In this document: positions 40,182 through 55,801 of the stretch, piece after piece
Layout: each line of letters begins with the position of its first letter
How positions within the stretch are numbered: the first letter of the stretch is position 1
NCBI GenBank assembly: GCA_051294375.1
Contig: CM119267.1
Coordinates: 20,709,476 to 20,773,475, forward strand
Source of the DNA: Paraspadella gotoi
Lineage: Eukaryota > Animalia > Chaetognatha
DNA length: 64,000 nucleotides
Reading direction: 5' to 3'
The notes under the pieces: generated by a model
The model's database searches: none
What the model was told of the DNA's origin: nothing
The model's input: the letters and a program-made list of their open reading frames with translations, nothing else
Program-made: the position numbers and the translations under genes

Positions 40182-41250
40182 NNNNNNNNNNNNNNNNNNN
40201 NNNNNNNNNNNNNNNNNNNNNNNNNNNNNNNNNNNNNNNNNNNNNNNNNNNNNNNNNNNNNNNNNNNNNNNNNNNNNNNNNNNNNNNNNNNNNNNNNNNN
40301 NNNNNNNNNNNNNNNNNNNNNNNNNNNNNNNNTCTTCACAAAGGCCTCCCACCAAACACCGTCCGTGAGCCCCCGACGTGATTGTCTCCATTAAGCATCA
40401 CGGTCGTCTCTCCGATCGAGTCCATCATCCGTCTTCCTTTCACGCATTTCTCAGAAATGATCAAGAAGATCCCGTCCCCCCCNNNNNNNNNNNNNNNNNN
40501 NNNNNNNNNNNNNNNNNNNNNNNNNNNNNNNNNNNNNNNNNNNNNNNNNNNNNNNNNNNNNNNNNNNNNNNNNNNNNNNNNNNNNNNNNNNNNNNNNNNN
40601 NNNNNNNNNNNNNNNNNNNNNNNNNNNNNNNNNNNNNNNNNNNNNNNNNNNNNNNNNNNNNNNNNNNNNNNNNNNNNNNNNNNNNNNNNNNNNNNNNNNN
40701 NNNNNNNNNNNNNNNNNNNNNNNNNNNNNNNNNNNNNNACAAAACATATAAAAAAGACAAAGAGAAACTATGAATGTCTGGAAGGAAAATGAATCGAGGA
40801 TGAATTAAATATTCAGGTCGCGCGACTCAAGATGATGAGGATAAAGAAAAGGTTAGCGTCGGAATTTGAAGGGAGGGAGATGAGGGCGAAGAGAGGAAAT
40901 AAGGGCACATATAGGGAGAAAACACAGATGAAATGGAAACACAGATGGAAAGAGAGGAGAGAGAGTCGAGCCACAGAGAGATGAGACAACAGAGAAAGAG
41001 AGAAGAGGGACCAACATAAGTAGAAAAGACAAGGAGAAAAGACTAATGAACAGTGCGTCTGGAATAAAATGACAAGACTCGAGGATCGCAAGTTTAAATT
41101 ATTAATTGCAGACGGGTGCGCGAACTCAAGATGATGAGGATAAAGGAAAAGGTTTAGCGTCGGAATATTTGAAAGGTGAGTTTGTAGATGAAGATGAAGC
41201 GAGGACATTTGGAAGAGAGAGATAGAGAGAGAGAAGAGAGAGAGAGAGGA

Positions 41251-41283
<33 letters not shown>

Positions 41284-44200
41284 GAGGGANNNNNNNNNNN
41301 NNNNNNNNNNNNNNGAGAGAGAGAGAGAGACTTTAAAACAAAGGAATCGGAAGATACCCTTAACGGAAAAAGGGAGTGAGGGAGAGACAGAGAGAAAGTA
41401 GAAGGAGAAAATAGAGAAAACTGGGATAGAAATAGAAAAAAAATTTGAAAAGAGATATTAGAAAAAGATAAAAACTCCACTGGCTCTAGGAAAGAGAGAC
41501 GAACGAAGAGAGAGATTCAGAGAAACAGACGAACAGACAGACAGACACAAAGATGGAATTTTTTTTTTATTTCTATTTTTTTTGTGGTAGGAATCTGGAC
41601 GCGAATGTATACATAAAGAAATGGAGAAAAGTCGCGCAGAAACCCAAGTGGCTCAAAGATAAAGTTTCAAAAGGAAGAATGGAGAAGATGAAGAGGAGTA
41701 GAAGGAGGAGGAGGAGAAGGAGGAGGAAGAGGAGAAGGAGAAATAGTTGGAGCGAATTCCAGAGGATGACAAAAGATTTCGCTGTCGACGAAAAATAAAA
41801 GAAAAAAAAATAAAAGAATAAAAAAGTTGTTTTCTTTTCTTTTCTTTTTTTTTCGTGGGGTGATGAAGGTGAATGGAGGAGTGAGGAGGGAGGAGGAGGA
41901 GGAATGTTAGTCTCACGAGGAACCGCAGGATGGAAATCTGGAAGGAGCAATAAGATGTCGGACGCACCGAATGAGAGCGTGAGGAATAGAATGAGAGGAA
42001 GATGAAAGTGTGAGGTAAAGGGATGTCAGGGACTATACGGTGAGGACAAGCGGAAGGTGAAGTGAGAACAATTTTTGGGGGGGGGGGAATGGGGCGGAAA
42101 GAGAGAAATGGAAGAAAAGGAGAATAAAAAAACGAGGGAAGGCTTAGAAGGAAATGAGGAGAAGGGCAAAGAAGTAGACACACAGATAACAACTACAAAC
42201 GAGAAAAAGATGAAATACGGTAGGAGTAGAATTAACACAAACGAGATAAAAGGAAAGGAAGAATAAACAGTAAATGATGAAAAATATTAAGCTGAACAAA
42301 GCACGACATGGTAATAGAAGAGGAAAAAGCAAAAAGGAAAAGGGATAAAAGAGGAACCGAGAAAAAAGGAAATAAGGAACAATAAAGTAAGGTAAAAAAA
42401 AGAAAGAAATGGAAAAGAAAAAAGAAAGAAATAGGAAAAAGAGAAGAACCGAGAAAAAAGGAAAAGGAAAGTAGACTGAACAAGTAGTAATCGGGTGATA
42501 CACAGTACAGAAGAGAAGAGCCTGAAAAGAAGAAAATACGGCTAAAAAGTCGGAAACAGATGTAGAACCGCATGAAAAAGGGAAAGAGAGAGAAAGGAAG
42601 TAATCGTAAAATACGAAACCGATAGAAATGGTAACAAGAAAAAAGAAATATGATAAAGGAAGGAAAGGAGAGGAATAAGAAGAAAGCATGGTAGAAGATA
42701 AAAGAATTAAAGGAACCGAACCAGCGGCCAGGATGAGGCATAGAGAGAAAAAAATAGAGAAAATAGGGAAGAAGATATAAAAAATTGAGGAAGAATCATA
42801 GCCAGGAACAGAGGGAGAAAGGAGGAAAATGTGAAAAGAAAGTGCAAACGAAAGAAAAGAAAATGAAAAAGGAAGAAAAAGAGTAGAAGAAAAGGGAGAA
42901 GAAAAACGGGAGGGGAGAAGAGGAAAGTAGATGGAATAGAGAAGTAAAGAAATCAAAAGAAGACAAAAGTATAAAAAGAGGAAAGGAGGAATAGAGAGAT
43001 GAAGAAAAAGGCGGAGTGAATAGAAATAAAAATAAAAGAACAGAAAAAACCTGATAAAAAAATAAGAAGGGGAGGTTTGGGAAGGGGTGGGGGGGAGGCG
43101 AAGGGGGGGGGGGAGAAAAATAGATAAACCGGCGACCAAAAATAGAAGCGGGTCACTGCAAAAACACTAGTGGAAAGAGGACAGAACGAAACGGGACAGG
43201 CGACGGTACCTGAACGACGAACTGACGACGACCCGTATCGACGACGACGCGGACGCAGGTTCAAAAAACAGTTCGACGTCAGCGCCAGAGAAATGAGGCG
43301 CATAGACGAGGGCGATGGAGAGAGAGAGAGGAGAGAGGACGAGAGAGGAGTAAGAGAGAGGAGGAAGAGGAGAGAGAGTAGAGAGAGAGAGAGATGGAAA
43401 CGAGTCGAGAGAGAGAGTTAAAGAGAGAGAGAGCGGGCGAACTTCAGCGACCGGAAAGACGACTGTCGGAGAAAATATTGAATATTTTTTTTTTATTTGA
43501 ATAAAATAGGAGAAATTTTCCTGTTTTTTTTTATTCTCGTTGAGTACGTTCGAAAACTGGAAGTGGGGCAAAGGGCCGATAATCAATAACGATGATGGGT
43601 GATCTTAGATGATGATGATTTGATTGGATGATTGATGGGCTGGTAAAGCGATGAACAGAGGAGAAGAAAAGCACCGCCAAAAAAAATTGAATACTAGACA
43701 GGAAGAATTGTGCAATCTTGAATCGGCACGTACCTCCTCTCCATCCTTTAAACCTTATCTCTCTCCTCTCTCCTTCTCTCTCCCTTCTCTCATCTCGTCT
43801 CTCACTTAATCGTTCTATCTGCCTGTTTTTTTGTTCTCCTACCTCTCCTCCGTCTCTGGTCATCTATCTCACGTCCTTCTCGTCTGTTCTCTCTCTCTTT
43901 CTCTGTCAATTCTCTGTCCTCTCTGAGCGCTACGTTTTTTTCCGAACTGACTGTATCCAGTACGTTTTTGCCTTGCCAGGAGAAAGAAAGAAAGAAAAAA
44001 AAAGAGAGAGATAGAGAAGAGAGGAGAGAGAGGATGGTNNNNNNNNNNNNNNNNNNNNNNNNNGAAAAGAGAAAGGAAGAAAAGGAGAATAAAAAAGAGG
44101 GAAGGAAAAGAAAGGAAAGAGAAGAAGAAAATAAAAAGAAAAGAAAAGGAAAAAGAGAACCGAGAAAAAAGGNNNNNNNNNNNNNNNNNNNNNNNNNNNN

Positions 44201-44689
44201 NNNNNNNNNNNNNNNNNNNNNNNNNNNNNNNNNNNNNNNNNNNNNNNNNNNNNNNNNNNNNNNNNNNNNNNNNNNNNNNNNNNNNNNNNNNNNNNNNNNN
44301 NNNNNNNNNNNNNNNNNNNNNNNNNNNNNNNNNNNNNNNNNNNNNNNNNNNNNNNNNNNNNNNNNNNNNNNNNNNNNNNNNNNNNNNNNNNNNNNNNNNN
44401 NNNNNNNNNNNNNNNNNNNNNNNNNNNNNNNNNNNNNNNNNNNNNNNNNNNNNNNNNNNNNNAAGGAAAAGAAAGTAATGTAAAAAAAAGAACGATAGAA
44501 ATTGAAAAGAAAAAGAAAAGATAAAGGAGGAAGGGGAGGAAAAGAAAATAGGTAGAAGAAAAATAATTAAAGGACGAAACAGCGCAGGAAGAAAAAAATA
44601 GAGAAAAGAGGAAAAAGAGATGAAAAATGAGGAAAGAAAAGCGAAAGAGGGCCGAGAAAGGTAATTTAGAGGAGAAATTAGCGGACCGA

Positions 44690-45440
44690 AAACCGCGACA
44701 AAAAAAATAGAAGCGGTCACCTAGAAAACCCATAGTTCGGGTAATGAGGACGAGACGACTGTGCGACCCGACTTTCTTTGAACGACGCACGACTGACGAA
44801 ACGACGACGGACGACCGAAAAACAGTTCGACCCGTCCAAGCGCCAAGAAAATGAGCCGCAAATGACGCTAGACCCGAGGCCCGATTAGCGCTTCTAGCGA
44901 TAAGGACGACTTCGAATGAATTGGGTCTACGAAGAGTCCTTGAGCCCACGATACGATGATGAGACGCAGAGAGAAGACCGAATGATGACTCGACGGAGAT
45001 TACGACGGTGAGTACCGATGACTAGAGAGATCGACGAGGGAAGAGACCGAGAGAGGGAGGATGAGCCCGAGATTGAGAGTAAGAGATTGAGCTTTGGACA
45101 CATAGAGTCAACCTGGTAGCCTGCGAGATACGTTCAGCGCCGGAAAGACGTCGTGCGCTAGGCGGATGAAAAAAATTGATATTTTTTTCTATTTAAAAAA
45201 AAAAAAAATATGAGAAATTCTGTCTTTCTTTTTATCTCGTGAGACTCCGATAAGTACGGATAAGTGCGGCGGGCCAAAAGCGTCGTGGCTGATCAAAACG
45301 ATGGTATGGTGGATTATGTATGATGATGCTGTGCTGGCCTAACGATTGGACAGAGAAGAAGACGCAAAAAAAAATTTCGAGAGACTAAAAAACGATGTGC
45401 AATTGATTGCACCTCCAGTCTCTTTTACATCCTCTCATCT
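44690..45440 (+). repeat. Very noisy direct copy of ~43125-43760
   Basis: AAATAGAAGCGG(G)TCAC, AAAACAGTTCGAC and TTCAGCG(A)CCGGAAAGACG are shared in order; 25-N gap at 44039-44063 lies between the copies. Confidence 0.65.
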
Positions 45441-45756
45441 TACTCTCTTCTCTCTCTCCTCTCCTCCTCGCTCTCTCTCCTCTCTTCTCTCTCATCTCTT
45501 TCTATTCTCCTGCAATGCAAAAACTTCTGATTACAGCAGTTCGGAAAAAAACGAGCGTCAGGAGAGGACAGAGATTGACACGTTAGAAAGAAGAAGAGAT
45601 GAGAGAGAGGAGAGAGATGAAGATGAGAGAGATCGAGAGAGAGAGGAGAGAGAGAGAGAGAGAGAGAAAAGAAAATTGAGACAACGAGCGACGGTTAATT
45701 AGCAGTAAACAAAAGAACATTTTAATTTTTTNNNNNNNNNNNNNNNNNNNNNNNNN

Positions 45757-47935
<2,179 letters not shown>

Positions 47936-49011
47936 TTGATTGAGTCACTGGAAAAGGTGGAGAAATTGATGAAAGGAAAGAAAAGAAAGAAAACGGAGAT
48001 CGAAAGAAGGAAAGAAAAAAAGAAAAAAAAAGAAAAAAAAGAAGTTAATTTAACCCAAAGAGACTGAAACATTCGATGAAAGAGAAAATAGGGAGAGGAA
48101 ATGGAGAGAAAAGGAAAAAAGAAAACGAAAAAAGGAAATTAAAGAGAAAGAAAAAAACCGGAAGAAGAAAAAATCAGGAGACGAACAAACAAAAGACTAG
48201 GATTTTTTTTATTTGATGAAGAAGAAGAAGAAGCAGAGAAAGAGAGAAAAAGAAGGAGAAAGCGCAAGACGGTTTGGTTGATTGGTTTAGTGAATTGGTT
48301 GGTTGGTTAAGTGGATTGGTTGGTTGGCTTTCTACGTTGTTAATAGTTAATGGCAATCCGATTCTGTTGCTTTTCGAATTACTATTTGTTGGACAAAACG
48401 ATTGAACATAGCAAAGTAAAAAATTCATTTTCAAGAATTAATAGTGCCACTTGATGTTTAATTGAAGCGTTTCTCTCTCTCTCTNNNNNNNNNNNNNNNN
48501 NNNNNNNNNNNNNNNNNNNNNNNNNNNNNNNNNNNNNNNNNNNNNNNNNNNNNNNNNNNNNNNNNNNNNNNNNNNNNNNNNNNNNNNNNNNNNNNNNNNN
48601 NNNNNNNNNNNNNNNNNNNNNNNNNNNNNNNNNNNNNNNNNNNNNNNNNNNNNNNNNNNNNNNNNNNNNNNNNNNNNNNNNNNNNNNNNNNNNNNNNNNN
48701 NNNNNNNNNNNNNNNNNCTAAATAACCAACTTTCAAGACTTTCAAACCCAAAAAAGTTATTGGGTTCTTATCGCCCGAAAAAGGCCATTAGGAAAAAGTA
48801 CGTCGAGTCAGCCGAGGCAGAGCTTTTCCTTTTCTACACGTGATTGCCCAGCGGAATCGATAAGCAGGGCGCCAACCGAATTTATTGTACTACACTATTT
48901 CCAGACAAATTTGTACTTAAATGTCGTTTGAGGGGGAAAGTTTAGAAAAGTTAGTGGTTATAAATTTATTTTCAAGGGAATTAAAGTATAGAGTAAATTT
49001 AATAAGATGCA

Positions 49012-49165
49012 TGATTTTGATACAACCAATATAAAAACTATTCATTTATTTAATAAATAATCTACCCTGCCCCTGAATATGAACTGGTATTGATGGGTGA
49101 AGGCATCCGTCCAACTTTCGAGATAATAACATAAAAAGACTCTGCAAGCTTTCAATCAAGACTCT
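49012..49165. mobile_element. Degraded copy of the same MITE family
   Basis: TACAACCAATATAAAAACTATTCATTTATTTAATAAATAA...TGCCCCTGA and TGCAAGCTTTCAATCAAGACTCT match the TIR and the internal part. Confidence 0.65.
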
Positions 49166-49455
49166 TTCTCAGTCCAGTTTATTATTTATTATTTATTATT
49201 TCAAAGAATGTTTGAATTATACAGTTCAATTGTTTACGTAATATTTCTTATAATTCTCAAATCTTCTTTTGAATTAGAAGACAAAGTAAGCAGCGCGGCG
49301 GACGATGAATATCGAAAGAAAATAAAGAAATTAAATAGAGAGAGATTCAAGGAGCTAATAAGGAATGAAAATTAAAGGAAAGAAAAAATATTTGATGAGG
49401 AAGAAAAAAGAGAAAATGATTTTCAAATGGGTTTTATACATGAGAGGCCCTTTCT

Positions 49456-49551
<96 letters not shown>

Positions 49552-50158
49552 TATCTCACTCATCTTTCCGATAATTTCTCGGTAAAGGGTTGATTATAAT
49601 TCATGCCACTTTTTCCCCTACTGATCGTTTTATAATGACAAAGATTTTAGTAATGAAGCCAAGAAAAAGTTAAGAAAGAGAAAGGGAGAGAGAGAAAGAG
49701 TTAGAGAGAGTGACTAATCTTTTTCTCAAAAAAGAACTGAATAAATGAAGACATTCGTCGGCTTTGTCATGGAAAAAAAGAATTAAGTCCCGAACAAAAG
49801 AGCAAAGTTACAAATGAACGGGATATAATCATTAACCATAATCAAGCAAACAATGTCACGACTGCTCGGAATATTTCATCACATGAGCTTTGCTTAAAGT
49901 ATATTTATTTAATCAAGAGTAACAATAATGTTTTAATAATGTACTGTAAAACCAGTGATTTCATTCTTTTCATAGTCATGTGAGGCTACAAAGTGTACGG
50001 AAGCTTTTTATAGAGTCGGGATCATAAAAAGGGAATTATTTCAATATCATTCATAGATAATGGTTATTAATTAAGTAAATTTATACTCTGTGTGATTATT
50101 CATTTAACATTAAACATGGTAAACAATAAAAAACAAAACAAGAAAAGAGCAATCGATT

Positions 50159-50941
50159 TCAAAGAGTCAAAGTGACAGTCGACGCATTGATCGATCCCGC
50201 GATTTCTCCCAACTCAGTTCCTTCTTTCTCTCCCTCTCTCCCTCCCTTCTCGATCTCCCTCCTCCCTCTCTTCCTCCTCCTCCTCATCTTCTTCGTCATT
50301 CTCCTCGTCGACTCCTTCATTCTCGCCACGACGCGAATCGGTTCCGAAAAGTAAAAGACGCCGCAATGCCGCCACCAGATGGCGAGTGCGGCGTCGTAGA
50401 GAAAAACGAAGATGGCGAGGGAGAGCAGCGCCACGTAGAGATACGACGCCACGGACGTGACGCAGTTTTGACGCAGGTAAAAGGCAGTGGCGTGGGCCTG
50501 GGAGGTTCCATTACACCGAGCCCATTCGGGTATCGATCCGTTGGATTCCGCAGCGACAGTCACGACCCAGCGACGCAGCGGCGACGGCGGATTCGGCCAA
50601 ATCGGCGCCGGAACGACGTCGAGAGTCGAAGTCGGGACGAAAGGCGCCAACGAGACGAACCACTGCGACGATACGGCGCCGACGACGACGAGAAACAGCG
50701 TCTGAGTCGCGGCGCCGACGACGAACCGACAGGCGGCGCCGACGCCGTCGTCAACGATGACGCCGCCCGCTAGGAGGAGATGGAGCGGGAGATAGAGGAC
50801 GGCCGCCATGTTGGCCGCGTGGGCGTGGCCTTTTAGGGATGAGAAGAGAGAGAGAGAGACGACGAAGACGGCAAGGTGAGACGCCGTCCAGAGGAAGAAG
50901 ATGAGTTTGAAGAGGAGTTCGCGGGGCAGGGAGTAGGGAAG
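50159..50941 (-). CDS. XK-related protein exon 2
   Basis: Open frame LPYSLPRELLFKLIFFLWTASHLAVFVVSLSLFSSLK...; several hydrophobic helices; acceptor choice inferred from phase. Confidence 0.75.
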   Translation of the reverse strand, partial: LPYSLPRELLFKLIFFLWTASHLAVFVVSLSLFSSLKGHAHAANMAAVLYLPLHLLLAGGVIVDDGVGAACRFVVGAATQTLFLVVVGAVSSQWFVSLAPFVPTSTLDVVPAPIWPNPPSPLRRWVVTVAAESNGSIPEWARCNGTSQAHATAFYLRQNCVTSVASYLYVALLSLAIFVFLYDAALAIWWRHCGVFYFSEPIRVVARMKESTRRMTKKMRRRRKRGRREIEKGGREGEKEGTELGEIAGSINASTVTLTL

Positions 50942-51970
50942 CTTTTTGGCGGGTAAGGAAAAGGGGTGAGGTAAGTCAATTAAATTCCTAAATTATAAGA
51001 AATCAGGTCTGGAGTCACTTTGTATGTCTTTAAATCATGACATGAAATACCTCGTGGCAGAGGGGTAATTATTTATGCTAATCGTGTAGCTATTAACGAT
51101 GTTATTTGTATGAAATTGGTACAACCAATATAAAAATTATCCATTCATTTAATAAATAAGCTATCTTGCCCCTGACTTTGGACTTTGGACAGGCTTTGGT
51201 GGTTTAAGGCCTCCATCATATATATAATAGAGAGAGTCTTGATTGAAAGCTTGCAGGGACCTGCTATGTAATTATCTTGTAAGAGTGATGGAGGCCTTAA
51301 ACCACCAAAGCCCGTCCAAAGTCAGGGGCAAGATAGCTTATTTATTAAATGAATGGATAATTTTTATATTGGTTGTACCAATTTCATATAATATAATATG
51401 TTAAAAATAAAATCTTCAAGCCAAGTTCTCGACCTGAAAATCCTTCTGCAGCACGACCAACGCTCCGCTCACGATGGATAACGCCGCCGACGCCAGCGAC
51501 GACGCGATCGAGACGATTTGCAGCAGATCGAACCGATTGTATCTCCCCACCACGTAAAGCTGAAGAGCGAATTGGGGCGTCGCCTCGAGCACCACCTCCG
51601 CCGCGACGAAGACCAAGGCCAAGTTCTTCAAGAGTCGCGCCTCTCTCTCCGTCTTCGTCCCTTCGTCCTCCTCGCTCCACAACTCCGTCAAGTAGAGGAG
51701 ATTGGCGGCGACGGGGAAGCAGCCCAGGATCGACGCCGCCCCGCAGAGCCGCGTCGTCCATTTGGAATCGATGAAGCAGACGACGACGCCGATGGCGACG
51801 GAGAGGGTCCAAGGGAGGACGAGGAAGAGAGTCGTGAATCCTCCCCACCAGGCGTCGCCGTTGGAGAAGTATTTGACGGCGAGGAGAACGTCGGAGACGA
51901 CGTCGAGGAGGTAGAGGGAGGAGGAGAGGAGGAGGAGGAAGGTAGAGCCGAGCTTCTTCACGAGGGACAT
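50159..51970 (-). CDS. XKR: XK-related (XKR / Ced-8 family) multi-pass membrane protein, putative phospholipid scramblase; exons 51970-51434 and 50941-50159 (~439 aa)
   Basis: XK-family motifs LYLLDVVSDVLLAVKYFSNGDAWWGGFT, EVVLEATPQFALQLY, SIASSLASAA and IFFLW...SLFSSLK. Phase-0 splice CAG|GTCGAG ... pyrimidine tract AAAAG|CTT joins ORF 51416-51970 to ORF 50159-50809 in frame. Confidence 0.88.
51111..51386. mobile_element. Non-autonomous DNA transposon (MITE), ~101-bp TIRs, TA flanks, in the XKR intron
   Basis: Left arm 51111-51218 (TGAAATTGGTACAACCAATAT..., with a 7-bp CTTTGGA duplication) is the reverse complement of 51286-51386 (...ATATTGGTTGTACCAATTTCA); TA on both sides. Confidence 0.85.
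51434..51970 (-). CDS. XK-related protein exon 1
   Basis: 179 codons containing the D-x3-D and E-x2-PQ-x2-LQ motifs; donor at 51433. Confidence 0.88.
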
Positions 51971-53723
51971 TTGGACGAGGGGGGGGGGGTGTTGGTGGAG
52001 GACAACGTGGTTGTGAGGAGGAAATAAGGATAGATGTCTATAAATGTTTGCAATTTTTTTTTTTTTAGTTTAAAACTGAGAAAGAAGGTAAAAATGTTTT
52101 GACGAAAGTAGGAAGGTCGTTGACGAAAGACTTGCGAGGAAGATCGAAAGGCCGTCACGCGATCCGTCGACGATCCTCTTCCGCGTCCTCGTCGAAGAGA
52201 GATGATGTCATTGATGAAGGGAAGGAGAAAAACTCATTTTGAGAGGAGAATCCGGGACTCCCCAAGATTGTTTCCTGAATTGACAAGTTCGAAACTTTTT
52301 TTTTTCTGATCTTATCTCTCAAAATCAAACTTTTTTTTTTTTACGGTCGGGCACGGGGCTGCCAACTTCCAAAAGAAGATTAATGGTCGGTCAGTATTTC
52401 TGTCGACAAATCGTTTATACTATTACAATTATTATCTGACTGCAACGAGTTCAAGCGGCATATGTTCTAACCGAACATAGTGAACTGGCATAACCTTGCT
52501 TGGCGTTAACGCTATGAATTGAAAGATCTTTAAGAATTACGAATGGACGATTATTCAAAAAAAAAAAAAAAAAAAAAAAAAATTGAAAGAAGAAGAAGAT
52601 AGAACCTCGTTTAAGTCTCTCGAGTTTTTTGTACTTTTTATAATCTCGATCAGAAAGGAACAGTTTCAGCGATCATCTTACGCTGGCAGATCAGGGGTCA
52701 AGAGGGTCGAGGGTCATCTGAAAGATTCAATAGCTAATTGTCGACGTAAGGTGAACGTTTTTATTAACTACTAATGGATTTTAGTAACAGTAGTTGTAGT
52801 TCCGCCAATTCTAAAAAAAAAAAAAACCTTTTCAAACGTTTTTCCCCATTCCATCTATTCCAACCAGTTTCCTCTCTTAGTTCTTGTTATTATACTTCCT
52901 TATTCTTATTATTCTCTCTTCTTCTTCTTCTCTTCCTCCTCCTCCTCCTCCTCCTCCTCCCTTTCTTTCTCTTCATTATGAATTCTTTCGAGAAACAGTT
53001 ACTCTGCCGAAAAAAAAATGAAGATAAAGTGGATTTGGGGTCGAAGCCCCGCGAGTGAGGAAACGGCGCAGCGGAAAGTAGGTGAAGTCTTTGGTAAGGT
53101 GTATGTGTGTGTTTGTGAGCTGGGGGGAAAGGAAAGGGAAATGAAAGGGTGAGTTAAGAGGGCAAGGTTGGAAAAGGTAAGGAAGGACGAGGAAGTGGGA
53201 AAAAAAATGAAAAGGCATCCGAGGAGGGTTAGCGCGAAACCTAATAAAAACCCGACGTTGAGATGGAAAATTTCTGAGAAGGCGTCGGGAAAAATTAGGG
53301 CAGGGCGGGGAACTCCTTTTCTGGGAAATTCTTGATTATAAAATGGGGGAATATGTAAGTATATATCTAAGGTAAAATTCATATTTTTATCTTTTTTTGG
53401 TTGTCGGTTGTTTTTTTTTTTAATACACAATAAGTTTTTATATAGACTTTACGTATTTATTTAATTTCATATTTTGTCTCCAGTCTAGACTATTATGCCT
53501 ACATGAATGACACCGAACTTTGACCTCGAGGTCAGCGTCTTTGGGTCGATAACAACGATGACAACGATGATGACAATGTCAATGATCGTAATGTTGAAGA
53601 TAGTATTGGCGATATTCGATGACGACTTTTCGGAAAAAAATGAGATCAATAAAAGAAGAAATCAAAGTGGAAAGGAGATTTACGGAGAACCAATACTAGG
53701 AGGAGGGAAAGTTAGAGAGAGAG

Positions 53724-53801
<78 letters not shown>

Positions 53802-53814
53802 GAGAGAGAGAGAA

Positions 53815-53856
<42 letters not shown>

Positions 53857-53874
53857 AGAGAGAGGAGAGAGAGA

Positions 53875-53911
<37 letters not shown>

Positions 53912-55194
53912 ATTCTCGTTATTCCCGTGCTCGATGCAAATTTTACGGCCACATAAACTAAGAGGAAAAAGAAAAAAAAATCTCGGGTTGTTTGGTCGTC
54001 GGTGAAAGACGATGACGGCCGAGAAAATGAAGCAAAGAATAAAATGAAAAAAAGAATAAATAAGTTTAAATGATGTAAATATACTGAAAAAAAACTTTAA
54101 ATATGATTCCAGTGTCGAGATTTTGCTCTTTTAATTGAAAATTAAATGTCATTCAAAAGAAAAATACAAAAATGACTAAATAAAAATGAAGCAAAGAATA
54201 AAATGAAAAAAATAAGTAAAAAGGTTTGAATGAGGTAAAGATAATAAAGAAAAAATATGTTACAATCTGAAATGAAAATTGATATTAATATCATTTATAA
54301 GGAACAAAGAGAAATGAAATCAAAATGAAACTAAAATAAAAGGTTTAACTGCTGAAAAATAAAAAAATTGCACGACGTAAAAAAAAAAGAGTTAAATAAA
54401 AATGAAAAAACATTAACGTCTAAAAACTCGTAAAACATTAATGATAAAAAGAACCGTTTTTATCGTCAGGGTAAAAATACAGGAACGCGGCTCTGATTCG
54501 CTGCTGCGGCTTTTTTTAAAATTTTATTTGTTGCGCGCGAGAAGTTTTTTATGTTTTTTTTTTCATTCAGGACGCAATGAACGCGTACCTCATATATGAT
54601 TTTTTTCCTTCTGTTTAGCCGTGATTTTAAAATGTGTACTAAAATAAGGAATTTATTTTCACCGGCGTTCTTACTAACGAGCGGCTGCGAAAAAATTACT
54701 TTACCTGATTTGGTGCCGTCGAAAATTGTTAATCAATTATTGTTAACAAAGTCGATTTTTTTTTCATTAACGGATGTAGCTATACCTTTTTTGAAAGCTG
54801 TTACTGCTCCTCATTAAGATTATGTTTTTCTTATTGTTGCTCGTAATTATTAGTACAAATATACTAACATTCTACAATAATGTCGATGACTTACCTGTAG
54901 ATGTCAAAATTTCCGATGGCATTAAAGGGAAAGAAAAAAATCAGGGAAATGAGGGTAATTTATTAAGGAGCAGGAAAATGCATAGATGAAAAAATATCAA
55001 TGATATTACATTTCAAACACATTATTTATTTTCTTAACTTCTCTCTATGCTTTTTAAAATGTTGAAATCTTTGACATTAAAAAAAATTTTCACTCAGATG
55101 AGGTTTTTGACTTTAACGCCATTTAAAGTTAGTTGGCTCTCAATTTCTATGGAAAATGTTAGAAGCAAATCGTTTGAAGTTTAATCAGTAGGAG

Positions 55195-55246
<52 letters not shown>

Positions 55247-55497
55247 AAACAGAAAATGACTAAATGCCTTTTTTTCAATTTTTGCTTAAATTCATTAACT
55301 CCAAATAAACATGAAAAAAATTGGTGGGGATGATAATGAAATTTCCTTTTTCGCTTCCAAAGCAGTTGATCCTTTCAGAACGAGCTTTTAGAAAACACGG
55401 CTCACACAAACAATGCACATTAAGGAAGAAGAGCTTTTGATTCCTTCATTAATGGCAAACGCGGCATCTCTCTCTCTCTCTCTCTCTCTCTTCTCGT

Positions 55498-55533
<36 letters not shown>

Positions 55534-55740
55534 CTCTTCTCTCCCTTCTGCGGTGTTTTGACCAGAATCTCAGCTCAGGTGCTAAGTTTTTTTTTATAAT
55601 TTTGTTTTTGCTTAAGCTTAATTTTTTTTCGCCATATTTTGTTTGTTTTTGTTTTTTGTTCAAGCCTCTTTTTTTTAAAGCGCTTTGTTATGTTTAATGA
55701 GGTTTTCCTCCGGGAGAGGAACTGAGAAAGAGAAAGAGAA

Positions 55741-55801
<61 letters not shown>

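Noticed and set aside
50366-52027. Plus-strand ORFs 50366-50773 and 51518-52027, and minus ORF 51384-51848
   Set aside because: Antisense or alternate-frame shadows of the GC-rich XKR exons
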